Origin: Candidatus Olsenella pullicola
GTDB lineage: Bacteria; Actinomycetota; Coriobacteriia; Coriobacteriales; Atopobiaceae
DNA length: 56,774 bases
Direction of reading: 5' to 3'
NCBI GenBank assembly: GCA_019117265.1
Contig: DXAB01000172.1
Span: forward strand, 1-56,774
Shown here: positions 9,239-18,628 of the stretch, piece after piece
How positions within the stretch are numbered: the first letter of the stretch is position 1
Layout: each line of letters starts with the position of its first letter
Translations under genes and position numbers: made by a program
The notes under the pieces: generated by a model
Seen by the model: the letters and a program-made list of their open reading frames with translations, nothing else
What the model was told of the DNA's origin: nothing
Database searches by the model: none

Positions 9239-10404
9239 GCGGGCTCCAGCGTCTTGGGACGGGCGAGCGCGGCCTCGAGCGCATCGACGATCCTGACAAT
9301 GGAACCATCGCGGACGCCCTGGGAGCTCTCGTCCATGAAAGCAGAAAAAGCCTTCTCGTCATAGGGCCTTGTACCGAGAAGAACCTCGGCGAGCTCATCG
9401 GCATCGGTAAAGGAAATCGTGGGCAGCACGACCAGCGGATCGATGTTGAGGCCGGGAGAGGCGCGGTACTCCTCGATATCCGGGACGTAGAAGAGCGTCG
9501 GCCTGCCGGCAAAGCCCGCCTCAAAGGCAACGGTCGAATAGTCCGTAATGACATAGTCCGCGGCATGGAGCAAATCGATCGTGGGCACGCCGCGCATGAA
9601 GGCGACGGGCGTCCCAAGCGCGCGGGCATACCCGTGGACGCCGTCGAGCGGGTGCTCGGCAACAACGAGCCTTGTGGAAGTCCCGGAGAGCGCGGTGCAA
9701 AGGGAGAGAACGGCATGTTCGAGCCACTGAGGGTCGGCGTTTCCCTTACGGAAGGTGGGGGCGTAGAGCACGGTGCGATCGCATGAGGAGGCATCGGGAT
9801 ACGTGGAGAACGCCTCCTTGAGCGCCCTGTCGGCACGAGCAAAGCGCCGGGCGCGCGTGGCAGAGAACGCGTCAGAGCAGAGATAGTCAATGCGTGGCAG
9901 GCCGAGCGGGGCGATCTTCTCCCTAGGAACGTCGAAGGCCTCGGAAAACGCGTCGACCGCACCGGGCATGCCCGCTATCACAAAGTCGTACCCGCGGTGC
10001 ATCCTGAGCGCGCTCGCAGCGTGCGCCGAGCGCCCGGCGGCGGTGCCAAGGGACTGATAGCCAAACTTCTTGATGGCCCCGAGGGCATGCCACTCCTGGA
10101 CCACGATCGCACGATGGCGGCGAGGAAGCGAGACGGCAGGAACGTACCCGTCCACCAGGCAAAGCTCCGCCGTGGAAACGTGCCACAGCTGTTGGAGCAT
10201 GAGCGGGACGCTCATCTCACCGATGGTGGCAACGCAGGACCAGACGATGCGGTGACCGGGAAAGCGACGGGCGAGCTCGGGCTCTATGAGTGAGAAGTCA
10301 AAGGGGCGCGCCGCCTGGCGGGAGAGCAGGACGATCTTTCGCTGCTGCGGAAAGAGGCTCAGAGCGCGGAACAACGCGCGAATCAGCCACGCTACGAGCT
10401 CCAT
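9235..10404 (-). CDS. CDP-glycerol glycerophosphotransferase, TagB (primase)-like
   Basis: QEWHALGAIKKFG, GLPRID, LYAPTFR and ITDYS motifs; 4-bp overlap with the downstream gene. Confidence 0.8.
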   Translation of the reverse strand: MELVAWLIRALFRALSLFPQQRKIVLLSRQAARPFDFSLIEPELARRFPGHRIVWSCVATIGEMSVPLMLQQLWHVSTAELCLVDGYVPAVSLPRRHRAIVVQEWHALGAIKKFGYQSLGTAAGRSAHAASALRMHRGYDFVIAGMPGAVDAFSEAFDVPREKIAPLGLPRIDYLCSDAFSATRARRFARADRALKEAFSTYPDASSCDRTVLYAPTFRKGNADPQWLEHAVLSLCTALSGTSTRLVVAEHPLDGVHGYARALGTPVAFMRGVPTIDLLHAADYVITDYSTVAFEAGFAGRPTLFYVPDIEEYRASPGLNIDPLVVLPTISFTDADELAEVLLGTRPYDEKAFSAFMDESSQGVRDGSIVRIVDALEAALARPKTLEPA

Positions 10405-10440
10405 CCCCACCCCCGTCAGATAACATTAAGCAATTCCAAG

Positions 10441-10481
10441 AGTTTATAGCTCCTTACGCATTCGTGACAACGAGATGACAA
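10441..10481 (-). promoter_or_regulatory. Putative promoter with an OmpR/PhoB-type direct repeat
   Basis: Minus strand TTGTCAT-ctcg-TTGTCAC (11-bp period), followed by a TATAAA/TAAACT -10-like hexamer, upstream of the tagB/tagF-like pair. Confidence 0.4.
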
Positions 10482-10604
10482 AAATGCGAGATATGTCCGC
10501 GAACCGCAGGGGGGCGGTCAAAAAATGGCTCGGCTCAGCAAGACGCCAAGCAAAATAGAGGGGAGCATGATCGCAGCGCCGGCAACCGCTGGGCGAGGCA
10601 CGGT

Positions 10605-10997
10605 CTACGAGGAGAGCTCGGCTTCGAGCGAGAGGAGCTCCTCGGGAACGTCTGCGGGGTCGCAGCCAAAGGACTCTCCCACGGCGCGGGCCTGCAGGTG
10701 CCTGAGGCCAGCAAGATCCTCGTTTCCCCTGCGCTCGTAGAGCACGGCAAGACGCTCGAGCGCGTAGCACACATACGCCGCGACGGAGTCACCCATGCCC
10801 GAGAGCACCATCATCGTGACAAGGGAGTCCGGCGAGAGCGCGAGCGCCGTCGTGGGCTCCAGCTCAAGGAGGTCGGCAATCTCATGCTCGGCGTCAACAA
10901 AGCCAGACTGGTCCCCCCTCAGCGCGCGACCAAGGGCGTCGGTTATCCCTCCCACAAACACACCGACGATCTCAAGAATGTAATCACGCTGCAGCAT
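10605..10997 (-). CDS. Hypothetical protein (130 aa)
   Basis: MLQRDYILEIVG...; GGGAGG RBS before ATG 10997; coding-like codon usage. Confidence 0.7.
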   Translation of the reverse strand: MLQRDYILEIVGVFVGGITDALGRALRGDQSGFVDAEHEIADLLELEPTTALALSPDSLVTMMVLSGMGDSVAAYVCYALERLAVLYERRGNEDLAGLRHLQARAVGESFGCDPADVPEELLSLEAELSS

Positions 10998-11037
10998 GGA
11001 TCCTCCCATCTCCTGCGCCCAGTATAGCCCTCGGGCC

Positions 11038-14000
11038 CTAGTCCACCGACTTGAGGCTCTCCACCATGTCAATGCGATCGAGCTTGCGTCGCATCAGCAG
11101 CATGACAAAGACGGAGAAAACGAGCGTGAGGGCAAACGCGTACACATAGCTTGCCGGGTGAATCACGCGGCCAAACATCACCACGTCAACCTCGGCGGTC
11201 ACGATGACAAAGCCCTCGAGCCACGTGCCCAGGACAAGGCCCAGGGCATCTCCTAGGAGCGTCAGGATGAGCACCTCGCGGAAAATGTAGGCGTAGACCT
11301 CGCCGCGCTTGAAGCCCAGCACCTTGAGCGTCGCGATCTCTCGGACGCGCTCGCCGATGTTGATGTTCGTGAGGTTGTAGAGCACCACCGCCGCAAGTGC
11401 GGCGGCAGAGACGATGAGCACCACAACGATGAGGTCAACGGCAGAGAGCATGTCTCTATACATCTCCACCGTCTCGTCAGTGAAGACGACCGTGGGGGCG
11501 CCGCCCGATTCCTCGAGCCTCTCCGCCAGCTCGTCTCTGAGCCCGGCGTCCTCGCCCACGTTAAGGTAGAGCGTCGAGAAGGACGGCGCGTCGCCAACAA
11601 CGACCCCGGCCCGAGCGAGCGCGTCCCAGCACACGGGGGGCAGATAGGCGACGTTACCGACGTAGTTCTCGACGACGCCCTCCACACGCAGGTGAGCGCC
11701 CTCACCCGTGGCGTTGCCAACAGCATCTTGGGCGTAGAGCACAAGCTCGTCGCCAGCTCCGACCCCAAGCTTTCCCGCGGTCTTCTCGGAGAGAAGGATG
11801 CCGTTGCCCTCAAGCGAGAGCGGCCTCTGAGACACGCGCTCGCGCAGCGACAGCGCTCGCTCAAACCCCGCGGCGTCCTCTGGCACCACAACCTGGACGG
11901 AAAGCGTCTCGTCAGAGGAGGCCGAGCCTGCGCGCAGGTTCAGGAGGCTCACGCGCGCGAGCAGGTCCGCACCCGCCTCGTCCAGCAGGTCGTTGACACG
12001 CTCCTCGTCCTTCTTACTGGCGTCATCCGTAAGGGTGACGGTGGTGTTGTAGTGAATGATGGGGCCAAACTGGTTGTCGATGATGTCCCAGATGGCGTCA
12101 TGCAGACCAAAGCCCACAAGGAGGAGAGCGGTGCAGCCGGAGACGCCAATGACGGTCATGAGCAGGCGTCTCTTGTAACGGAAGAGGTTTCGGGCCGCGA
12201 CCTTGCGCAGGAAGGAAAGGCGCTTCCAGAGCGGGCGCACGCGCTCGAGAAGGATGCGTCGGCCGGCCTTGGTCGCACGGGGCTGCATGAGCTGGGCCGG
12301 AGTCTCCCTAAGGGCGGCGCCGACGGCGGCAAGCGTGGCAAGGAGCGTAACGCCCACTCCAAGGCCGCCCGAGGCAAGCGCAATGGCAAGATCGACGGGA
12401 AGCGGGAGCGGCAGCTGCGGAACGGCGTAGATGATCGAGTAGGCATACATCACAACGCATGGGAGCACCTGAGAGAGCACGGCAATGCCCAGGACGGCCC
12501 CCGTTGCGGAGGCCAGCGCGGCATACACGAGATAGCGCCCGGCAATGCGCCCCACGCCGTAGCCAAGCGCCTTGTACGTCCCCATTTGAACGCGCTCGTC
12601 CTCGACCATGCGCGTCATCGTGGTGAGGGCGACGAGTGCCGCAACAAGGAAGAGCATGAACGGGAAGACGGTCGAGATGGTGTCCATGCGCTCGGAGTCC
12701 GCCTGATAGGTAGCGGCGCCCTCACTCTGCGAGCGGTCCAGCACGTAAAGGCTCGGCACCTCGAGGGAGTCAATCTCCAACTGGGCGTCGCTGAGCTCTT
12801 CCTCCGCCCCGGCAAAGCGCTCGTCGGCCTCTGCCCGGGCATCCTCCCATGCGGCGAGCCCCTCCTCGTACTCGTCTCGAGAGGATGAGAGCTGCGCGTG
12901 CCCCCGCTCGACCTCCGCCTCGGCGGCGTCAAGCCGCGCCTGCGCCGCGTCAAGTTGGGACTGGGCGGACGCTCGCCGCTCTGAAAGCTCCTGACGGGAG
13001 GCGTCAATCTTTGCCTGTGCGGCCTTGACCTGCGCAGTGCCCTCGTCATAGGCGCTCACCGCGTCGCGTACGGAGACGAGCTGCGAGGCCTGCTCACGTG
13101 CCGAGGAGAGCTGCGGCAGCGTGGTGTCCAGACAGACGAGCTGAAACCGCGCAGACTCAAGCCGAGCGGACTGCTCGTCAGTGAGCTCGCCGGTGGTCTC
13201 AAGCGTGGCAAGCTGCTCCACGGCACAGACAAGCTGCTCCTTTGCGGCCTGCTGCTCAGAGATGGCGGCATAGAGCGCCTGAACCGCGTCGTCGAGGCCC
13301 CCTGCCTCGACCCCCTGCTCGGAGAGCGCGGCAAGAAGGGCCGTCACCCCGTTCTCGTATGAGGAGCGCGCCAGCTCGACCTGCGATGCCTGCGCCTCGA
13401 GCTCGGAGCTTCTGGCGTCAAGTTCGATCTGAGAGGCGTCGATGGCTGCCTGCGCCGTGGCGAGACCTTCCTCGACCTGCTGGCGCCGCGTCGCGAGCTC
13501 GGACCTTCCCGACTCGACCTCTGCCTCCGCTGAGAATACCTCCTCCTCGGCTGCCGAGATCTGCGACGCCGCCTCGTCAAGCTCGTTGCGCGACGACTCA
13601 AGCTCCTCCTCCACGTCTTCGCGCTCGCGCTCAAACTCCGCACGGGACTCGTCAAGCTCTCCCTGTGCGCAAGATCGCAGGTCATCGAGGCGTGATTCGG
13701 CAAGAGATACCAAGTCGTCCTCGATGCGCCCCTTGGCCCCATCCACTACGTCCCAGTAGGCGTCGGAGCCGCTCACCGCGCCCTCGGCAGAGGCAACGCT
13801 CAGGTGAACCTCCGAGAAGGGCGTGTCCTCGACAAAGGTGTCAGCGGTGACGTAAACGTACTGGTCGAGCATGCCCGAGCCGAGCGTGGTGGACCCAAAG
13901 CTGATGGTATAGGGGTAGTTCGAGGAGCTCACGGTGCCCACGACGGTGAGCGTGTGCACGGAGAGCACGTCGTTATCGCTGGACTCGTAGAGCACCTCGA

Positions 14001-14460
14001 TGGTGTCGCCCACCCCAATCTCAAGACCGGGAGCGTCTGCCGAGACAACGCACTCCCCCGCCGCGCTGGGGTAGCGCCCCTCGCGCAGGACAAGCTGGTC
14101 AAGGGTGGGCTCCTTCCCGCTCGCGTGCTCATCGGGAAGCGACGACACACGAGCTGCCATCTGCTCGGTGCCCAGGCGCACCATTGCGTCGACGGACATG
14201 ACCCCCGCCGCCGCGTCCACGCCATCAATGGACGCGAGGCGTTCCACGTCATTCTCGCCAAATCCAAGAGTGGAGATGACGCGCAGGTCCCAGAGGCCCG
14301 TCTCGTCATAGTAGGCATCCGCCGCGGTGCGCATGTCCGGCCCGCTCATGCGCAGGCCCGCGAAGAAGCCGCACCCAAGGGCCACGATCACCATGATGGC
14401 AAGAAAGCGCCCGAGAGATGATCGGACGCTTCTCACGATTCCTGTGGCGAAGGCACTCAT
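11038..14460 (-). CDS. FtsX-like ABC transporter permease with a long coiled-coil extracytoplasmic region
   Basis: Two FtsX-type TM blocks (TTMTRMVEDERVQMGTYKALG; ERVREIATLKVLG) and E/A/Q-rich heptads; start MSAFATG. Confidence 0.85.
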   Translation of the reverse strand: MSAFATGIVRSVRSSLGRFLAIMVIVALGCGFFAGLRMSGPDMRTAADAYYDETGLWDLRVISTLGFGENDVERLASIDGVDAAAGVMSVDAMVRLGTEQMAARVSSLPDEHASGKEPTLDQLVLREGRYPSAAGECVVSADAPGLEIGVGDTIEVLYESSDNDVLSVHTLTVVGTVSSSNYPYTISFGSTTLGSGMLDQYVYVTADTFVEDTPFSEVHLSVASAEGAVSGSDAYWDVVDGAKGRIEDDLVSLAESRLDDLRSCAQGELDESRAEFEREREDVEEELESSRNELDEAASQISAAEEEVFSAEAEVESGRSELATRRQQVEEGLATAQAAIDASQIELDARSSELEAQASQVELARSSYENGVTALLAALSEQGVEAGGLDDAVQALYAAISEQQAAKEQLVCAVEQLATLETTGELTDEQSARLESARFQLVCLDTTLPQLSSAREQASQLVSVRDAVSAYDEGTAQVKAAQAKIDASRQELSERRASAQSQLDAAQARLDAAEAEVERGHAQLSSSRDEYEEGLAAWEDARAEADERFAGAEEELSDAQLEIDSLEVPSLYVLDRSQSEGAATYQADSERMDTISTVFPFMLFLVAALVALTTMTRMVEDERVQMGTYKALGYGVGRIAGRYLVYAALASATGAVLGIAVLSQVLPCVVMYAYSIIYAVPQLPLPLPVDLAIALASGGLGVGVTLLATLAAVGAALRETPAQLMQPRATKAGRRILLERVRPLWKRLSFLRKVAARNLFRYKRRLLMTVIGVSGCTALLLVGFGLHDAIWDIIDNQFGPIIHYNTTVTLTDDASKKDEERVNDLLDEAGADLLARVSLLNLRAGSASSDETLSVQVVVPEDAAGFERALSLRERVSQRPLSLEGNGILLSEKTAGKLGVGAGDELVLYAQDAVGNATGEGAHLRVEGVVENYVGNVAYLPPVCWDALARAGVVVGDAPSFSTLYLNVGEDAGLRDELAERLEESGGAPTVVFTDETVEMYRDMLSAVDLIVVVLIVSAAALAAVVLYNLTNINIGERVREIATLKVLGFKRGEVYAYIFREVLILTLLGDALGLVLGTWLEGFVIVTAEVDVVMFGRVIHPASYVYAFALTLVFSVFVMLLMRRKLDRIDMVESLKSVD

Positions 14461-14476
14461 GGGACGGACCCGTCGA

Positions 14477-17400
14477 CTACTCGCTGCGCAGGGCCTCGAC
14501 CGGGTCGCGTCGGCTGGCCGCCGAGCTTGGGATGAGGCCCGCCACAAGGGTGAGCACGACGGAGATGCAGACGAGAATCGCCGCCGAGCTCCAAGGTAGG
14601 CTCATGATGTTCTGAACGTCAAAGTCCGCCAGAACCCAGGCGTTGACGGGGATGGACACCCCCACCACAACCGCGATGGCAAAGATGCCGGAAATGAGGC
14701 CCTCGATGAAGGTCTCCGCGTTGAAGACGCTCGCGACGTTGCCCTTGGAGGCACCGATGGCGCGCAGGATGCCGATCTCCTTCTTGCGCTCGAGCACGCT
14801 GATGTAGGTGATGATGCCGATCATGATGGAGCTCACCACAAGGGAGATGGAGACAAAGGCAATGAGAACGAGCGAGATCATGTTCACGATGTCCGTGACG
14901 CTGCCCATGATGACGCCCATGTAGTCCGTGTAGCTGATGACGGCGTCGTCGTTGCCGGCGGCGCGCTGCTCGTCGTTGTAGACGTCAATGGCGTCCACCA
15001 CACGCTCCTTGGCCTCAAAGTCCTTGGGGTAGATCTGGATGGCGGCGGGGTCGTCGGGCGTGGCGTAGCCGAGCGTCTGGAGGTTGTTGTCATAGGTGAG
15101 CTGGGACGCGTTGGCATAGCTCTCCATGAGCGAGGCAAGGTCCTCGGCGTCCATGTTGAAGTGGATGGCGCTTGCGAGCGTGTCCGCGTTGACGCTGAAG
15201 GCGCTCTGGAGGTTGGAGAGGCTCGCCACGGCCTGAGAGGCATACTGCTCGAGCACGCTCGCCATGGCGCTCTGGAGCTGGGTGGAGATGGCAGAGCCGA
15301 TCTGCGCCGTCAGGCCCTGGAGGAAGCTCTGGAGATAGGGCGCGAGGCTGTTTGAGACGTACTCGGTGACAATCTGCTGGACGCGTTCGCGCACGGGCTG
15401 ACCGGCAACGGCCTCCACCTGAGCGAGAATCGCCTGCACGCCCTCGGTCTCAAGGTACTGGTTGAAGTAGCCCGCAACCTTCTGGACAAACTCGGGGTCA
15501 TCGGGGTCTATGGCGCCGGCATTCTCCCCCCACCAGGAAACAAAGCCCTGGCTAAGCTTGCCTCCAAGCTGGGCCACCTCCTCGAGCTGCTCGGTCGTGA
15601 GCGCTGGGTCGGAGAGCTCCCGGTCAAGGATGGCGGAGAAGTCCGGGGCGGGGGCACCGGCCACGAGCGACTCCACATCTACCGAGTTGGCCACGCTCGT
15701 GAGGTCAACCGAGATGCCGGAGAGGTCAATTCCCGAGGGGTCAAAGCCCGCGGCGAGGGAGCTCGTGTCAAACGAGAACGCCGAGCGAAGCGCGTCCTCG
15801 TCCACGCTGAAGAGGCTCTCGAGGTCAACGCCCTTCTTCGCCTCGTCCTGTAGGGTGTCGAAGGTCTTGCCGGTGAAGACGTCGACCTCGGGGTCTTTGA
15901 GCTGCTGCTGGACGATCTCGGAGTTGTCGGAGCGCTCCATGAGCTCGAGCGTTAGCTCGGGCGTGTAGGCAATGCCGGCCGAGAGCGCCTTGGCGTCGGT
16001 GCTCTCGTTGGGGCGCACGACGCCAACCACGTGCAGGTCAAGACCATTGTTCACCGCGTCTGTCATGAACTTCTCGTCAGAGGACATATCCGTCCAGCCG
16101 CCCGTCTCGGCGTTCTTGCGATAGACGTCGGCGGGACTGATCACCTTGAAGTCGAGCGCGAGCGCGTCATCGTAGGTGAAGTCCACGTCCGTCTCTGCGA
16201 TCTGGGTCTCCCCCGCCGTGCCGCTCATGGCCGAGCTCACCATCTCCGTGAGATCGGCAGGGTCAAGCACGCCGATGCCATAGAGCGTGTAGTCGCTGAT
16301 GCGCCCGCTCTGCGTGAGCACGAGCACGCACTCGTCGACCCCCGTCGCCCATCGTCCGGCAACGACATCGTACTGCGAGTCAAGGAGCTCCTGGTCGTCG
16401 ATCATCTCGTTGAAGACGGACATGCCGCCCGTGGACATGCCGGCGGTAGCCGTCCCCGAGGCGCCGCCGGTCATGGCCGTGGAGAGCGCGTTGGGATTGA
16501 GCTGTGTGACTCCGTCGGAGGTGTCGGCAGCGTAGACGAGCGGCGTAATGCCGTAATCGTACTGGATGGCGTTGACGTAGTCCTCGATGCCCGCCCTGCC
16601 GGACTCGAGGTAGCTCTTGAGGCCGGAGAGGTCGTTGCTGCCAACGGAGGCAAACATGTCGGTGAGCATCATGAACTCGGGGATCTGGGCGGAGTCCTCG
16701 GCATCGCCGTCCTTCTCGCCGGAGGACTGCTCGGTTGCGCCAAGGTCCTCGGAGAGCATGCCCGAGATGTCCATGCTCTGCTTGCTGATGGTGAGCGGGT
16801 AGCTGGAGAGGGTGTCCTCCTCAACGCGGGCTATGTACTCGTTCACGCCGTTTGCCAAGGCGAGAATGGCCGCGATGCCGATGATGCCGATCGAGCCCGC
16901 GAAGGCCGTCATGATGGTGCGGCCCTTCTTGGTCATGAGGTTGTTGAACGAGAGGCCAAGGGCCGTGAGGAAGCTCATGGAGGTGCGCCGGGCCCGCTTG
17001 GCCTCGCGGCGCGGGGCCGTTGCGGGGTCGAAGGGGTCGGAGTCCGAGGTGATGTGGCCGTCTGAGAGCTCGACGATGCGCGTGGCGTACTGGTGCGCAA
17101 GCTCCGGGTTGTGCGTGACCATGATGACCAGACGGTCCTGCGCGACCTCCTTGAGGAGGTCCATGACCTGCACGGAGGTAGCCGAGTCAAGGGCGCCCGT
17201 GGGCTCGTCGGCAAGCAGGATCTCCGGGTCGTTGATGAGGGCGCGGGCGATGGCCACGCGCTGCATCTGGCCGCCGGAGAGCTGGCTGGGCTTCTTGTTC
17301 ACATGGTCAGCGAGGCCCACGCGCGCGAGGGCGTCCAGCGCGCGACGACGGCGCTCGGAGCGACCCACGCCCGAGAGCGTGAGCGCGAGCTCCACGTTGG

Positions 17401-17704
17401 CGAGGACGGTCTGGTGCGGAATGAGGTTGTAGCTCTGAAACACAAAGCCGATGCGATTGTTGCGGTAGGTGTCCCAGTCGCGGTCCTTGTACCTGCGCGT
17501 GGAGATGCCATCGATCACGAGGTCACCCTCATCAAAGTGGTCGAGGCCGCCCACGATGTTGAGCATCGTGGTCTTGCCGGAGCCCGAGGGGCCCAGAACC
17601 GCAACAAACTCATTGTCCCGGAAGGCAACGGAGACGTGGTCGAGTGCGACCTGAGTGAAGGAGCCCGTGGTGTAGCGCTTGCAGATGTCGTTGAGCTCGA
17701 GCAT
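14477..17704 (-). CDS. MacB-like fused ABC ATP-binding/FtsX permease protein
   Basis: [21 protein letters not shown]; C-terminal [14 protein letters not shown]...DPVEALRSE; start MLELNDICK. Confidence 0.88.
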   Translation of the reverse strand: MLELNDICKRYTTGSFTQVALDHVSVAFRDNEFVAVLGPSGSGKTTMLNIVGGLDHFDEGDLVIDGISTRRYKDRDWDTYRNNRIGFVFQSYNLIPHQTVLANVELALTLSGVGRSERRRRALDALARVGLADHVNKKPSQLSGGQMQRVAIARALINDPEILLADEPTGALDSATSVQVMDLLKEVAQDRLVIMVTHNPELAHQYATRIVELSDGHITSDSDPFDPATAPRREAKRARRTSMSFLTALGLSFNNLMTKKGRTIMTAFAGSIGIIGIAAILALANGVNEYIARVEEDTLSSYPLTISKQSMDISGMLSEDLGATEQSSGEKDGDAEDSAQIPEFMMLTDMFASVGSNDLSGLKSYLESGRAGIEDYVNAIQYDYGITPLVYAADTSDGVTQLNPNALSTAMTGGASGTATAGMSTGGMSVFNEMIDDQELLDSQYDVVAGRWATGVDECVLVLTQSGRISDYTLYGIGVLDPADLTEMVSSAMSGTAGETQIAETDVDFTYDDALALDFKVISPADVYRKNAETGGWTDMSSDEKFMTDAVNNGLDLHVVGVVRPNESTDAKALSAGIAYTPELTLELMERSDNSEIVQQQLKDPEVDVFTGKTFDTLQDEAKKGVDLESLFSVDEDALRSAFSFDTSSLAAGFDPSGIDLSGISVDLTSVANSVDVESLVAGAPAPDFSAILDRELSDPALTTEQLEEVAQLGGKLSQGFVSWWGENAGAIDPDDPEFVQKVAGYFNQYLETEGVQAILAQVEAVAGQPVRERVQQIVTEYVSNSLAPYLQSFLQGLTAQIGSAISTQLQSAMASVLEQYASQAVASLSNLQSAFSVNADTLASAIHFNMDAEDLASLMESYANASQLTYDNNLQTLGYATPDDPAAIQIYPKDFEAKERVVDAIDVYNDEQRAAGNDDAVISYTDYMGVIMGSVTDIVNMISLVLIAFVSISLVVSSIMIGIITYISVLERKKEIGILRAIGASKGNVASVFNAETFIEGLISGIFAIAVVVGVSIPVNAWVLADFDVQNIMSLPWSSAAILVCISVVLTLVAGLIPSSAASRRDPVEALRSE

Positions 17705-17888
17705 GGGATTCCTTGGATAGCGTTTTATGACGCTTTCATGGTACCCAAACCCGTCCTCACCAAACCCACCTCGCACAACTCGGGTACACTGCAGCATGGG
17801 CTTTGGTCGTGGAACAATGTTGGGTGCGCCTGTTGCCGTGCCTCCAAAAAACTTACGTGCCGAGGCGGGCGGTCGTTTAACCCGTAGA

Positions 17889-18512
17889 ATGGACGTCATG
17901 AAGAGAACGCTTATGGCAGGCGGACCGGGAGGGATCCCGGTGGAGGTCGAGCGCAGGCGCGTTCGGCGGCTCAACCTGCGCGTGCGCTCGGACGGAACGG
18001 CGCACCTCTCCGTCCCCCTCCGCACCTCGCTGGAAACCGCCCAGCGCTTTCTCGATGACCACGAGGACTGGCTGCGCGCGAGAATTGATTGCCGCGAGAA
18101 GTGCGCCGCGGAGCCCGAGGACGGGTTCGTTCCGCTCTGGGGAAAGCTCGTAAGCCTGCCGGAGGGAACCTCGGCCGACGAGCTCTACCGCAGGGAGCTG
18201 GCGGCGCGGCTGCCAGATGCCATCTCTCGCATGGAGGAAGCCGTCGGAGCGCACGCGAGCGGCTGGCAACTGCGAGCGATGTCAACGCGCTGGGGCTCAT
18301 GCACCCCAAAGACGGGACGCATTCGCATCAACGTGCGTCTGGCGGCATATCCCCCCAGCTGCCTGGAGTACGTGGTGGCCCACGAGCTCACCCACCTGCT
18401 CGAGCCTAGCCACAACGCGCGCTTTCACGATCTTCTCGCCCGCGCATACCCTCACGAGAAGCGCGCCAGGGCCATTCTCCGGACGTCCCCTCGGGACGCC
18501 TGTGTGCCGTAG
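17889..18512 (+). CDS. M48/YgjP (DUF45)-family zinc metallohydrolase
   Basis: MSTRWGSC, YVVAHELTH (HExxH) and HNARF motifs; the start could be 17898. Confidence 0.8.
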   Translation: MDVMKRTLMAGGPGGIPVEVERRRVRRLNLRVRSDGTAHLSVPLRTSLETAQRFLDDHEDWLRARIDCREKCAAEPEDGFVPLWGKLVSLPEGTSADELYRRELAARLPDAISRMEEAVGAHASGWQLRAMSTRWGSCTPKTGRIRINVRLAAYPPSCLEYVVAHELTHLLEPSHNARFHDLLARAYPHEKRARAILRTSPRDACVP

Positions 18513-18524
18513 TGGCCCTGGGGT

Positions 18525-18628
18525 AAAAATCGTCCGAGAGCTGCCCGTGCTTGGGAAAGGGCGGCTCCAGGACGTTTCTGACCTGAAAAACCTCCGGGAG
18601 CCGCCCGTGCCAGCTAAAGCGAGCAGCT
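18525..18628. repeat. Two imperfect palindromic units of about 60 bp (family C) between convergent genes
   Basis: CGTCCgaGAGCtGCCC...GGGCGGCTCcaGGACG at 18531-18574; a second unit CCTCCGGGAGCCGCCCGTGC begins 60 bp later. Confidence 0.65.

Noticed and set aside
17705-18025. N-terminal extensions given by the ORF track (also for tagH, 23006, 33847, 44785, 45428, 53134)
   Set aside because: They overlap neighbouring genes or repeats; downstream ATGs with RBS or domain starts fit better.
17889-18512. Part of a restriction-modification or defence island (YgjP-like genes often accompany type I RM)
   Set aside because: No hsd or other defence genes lie nearby.
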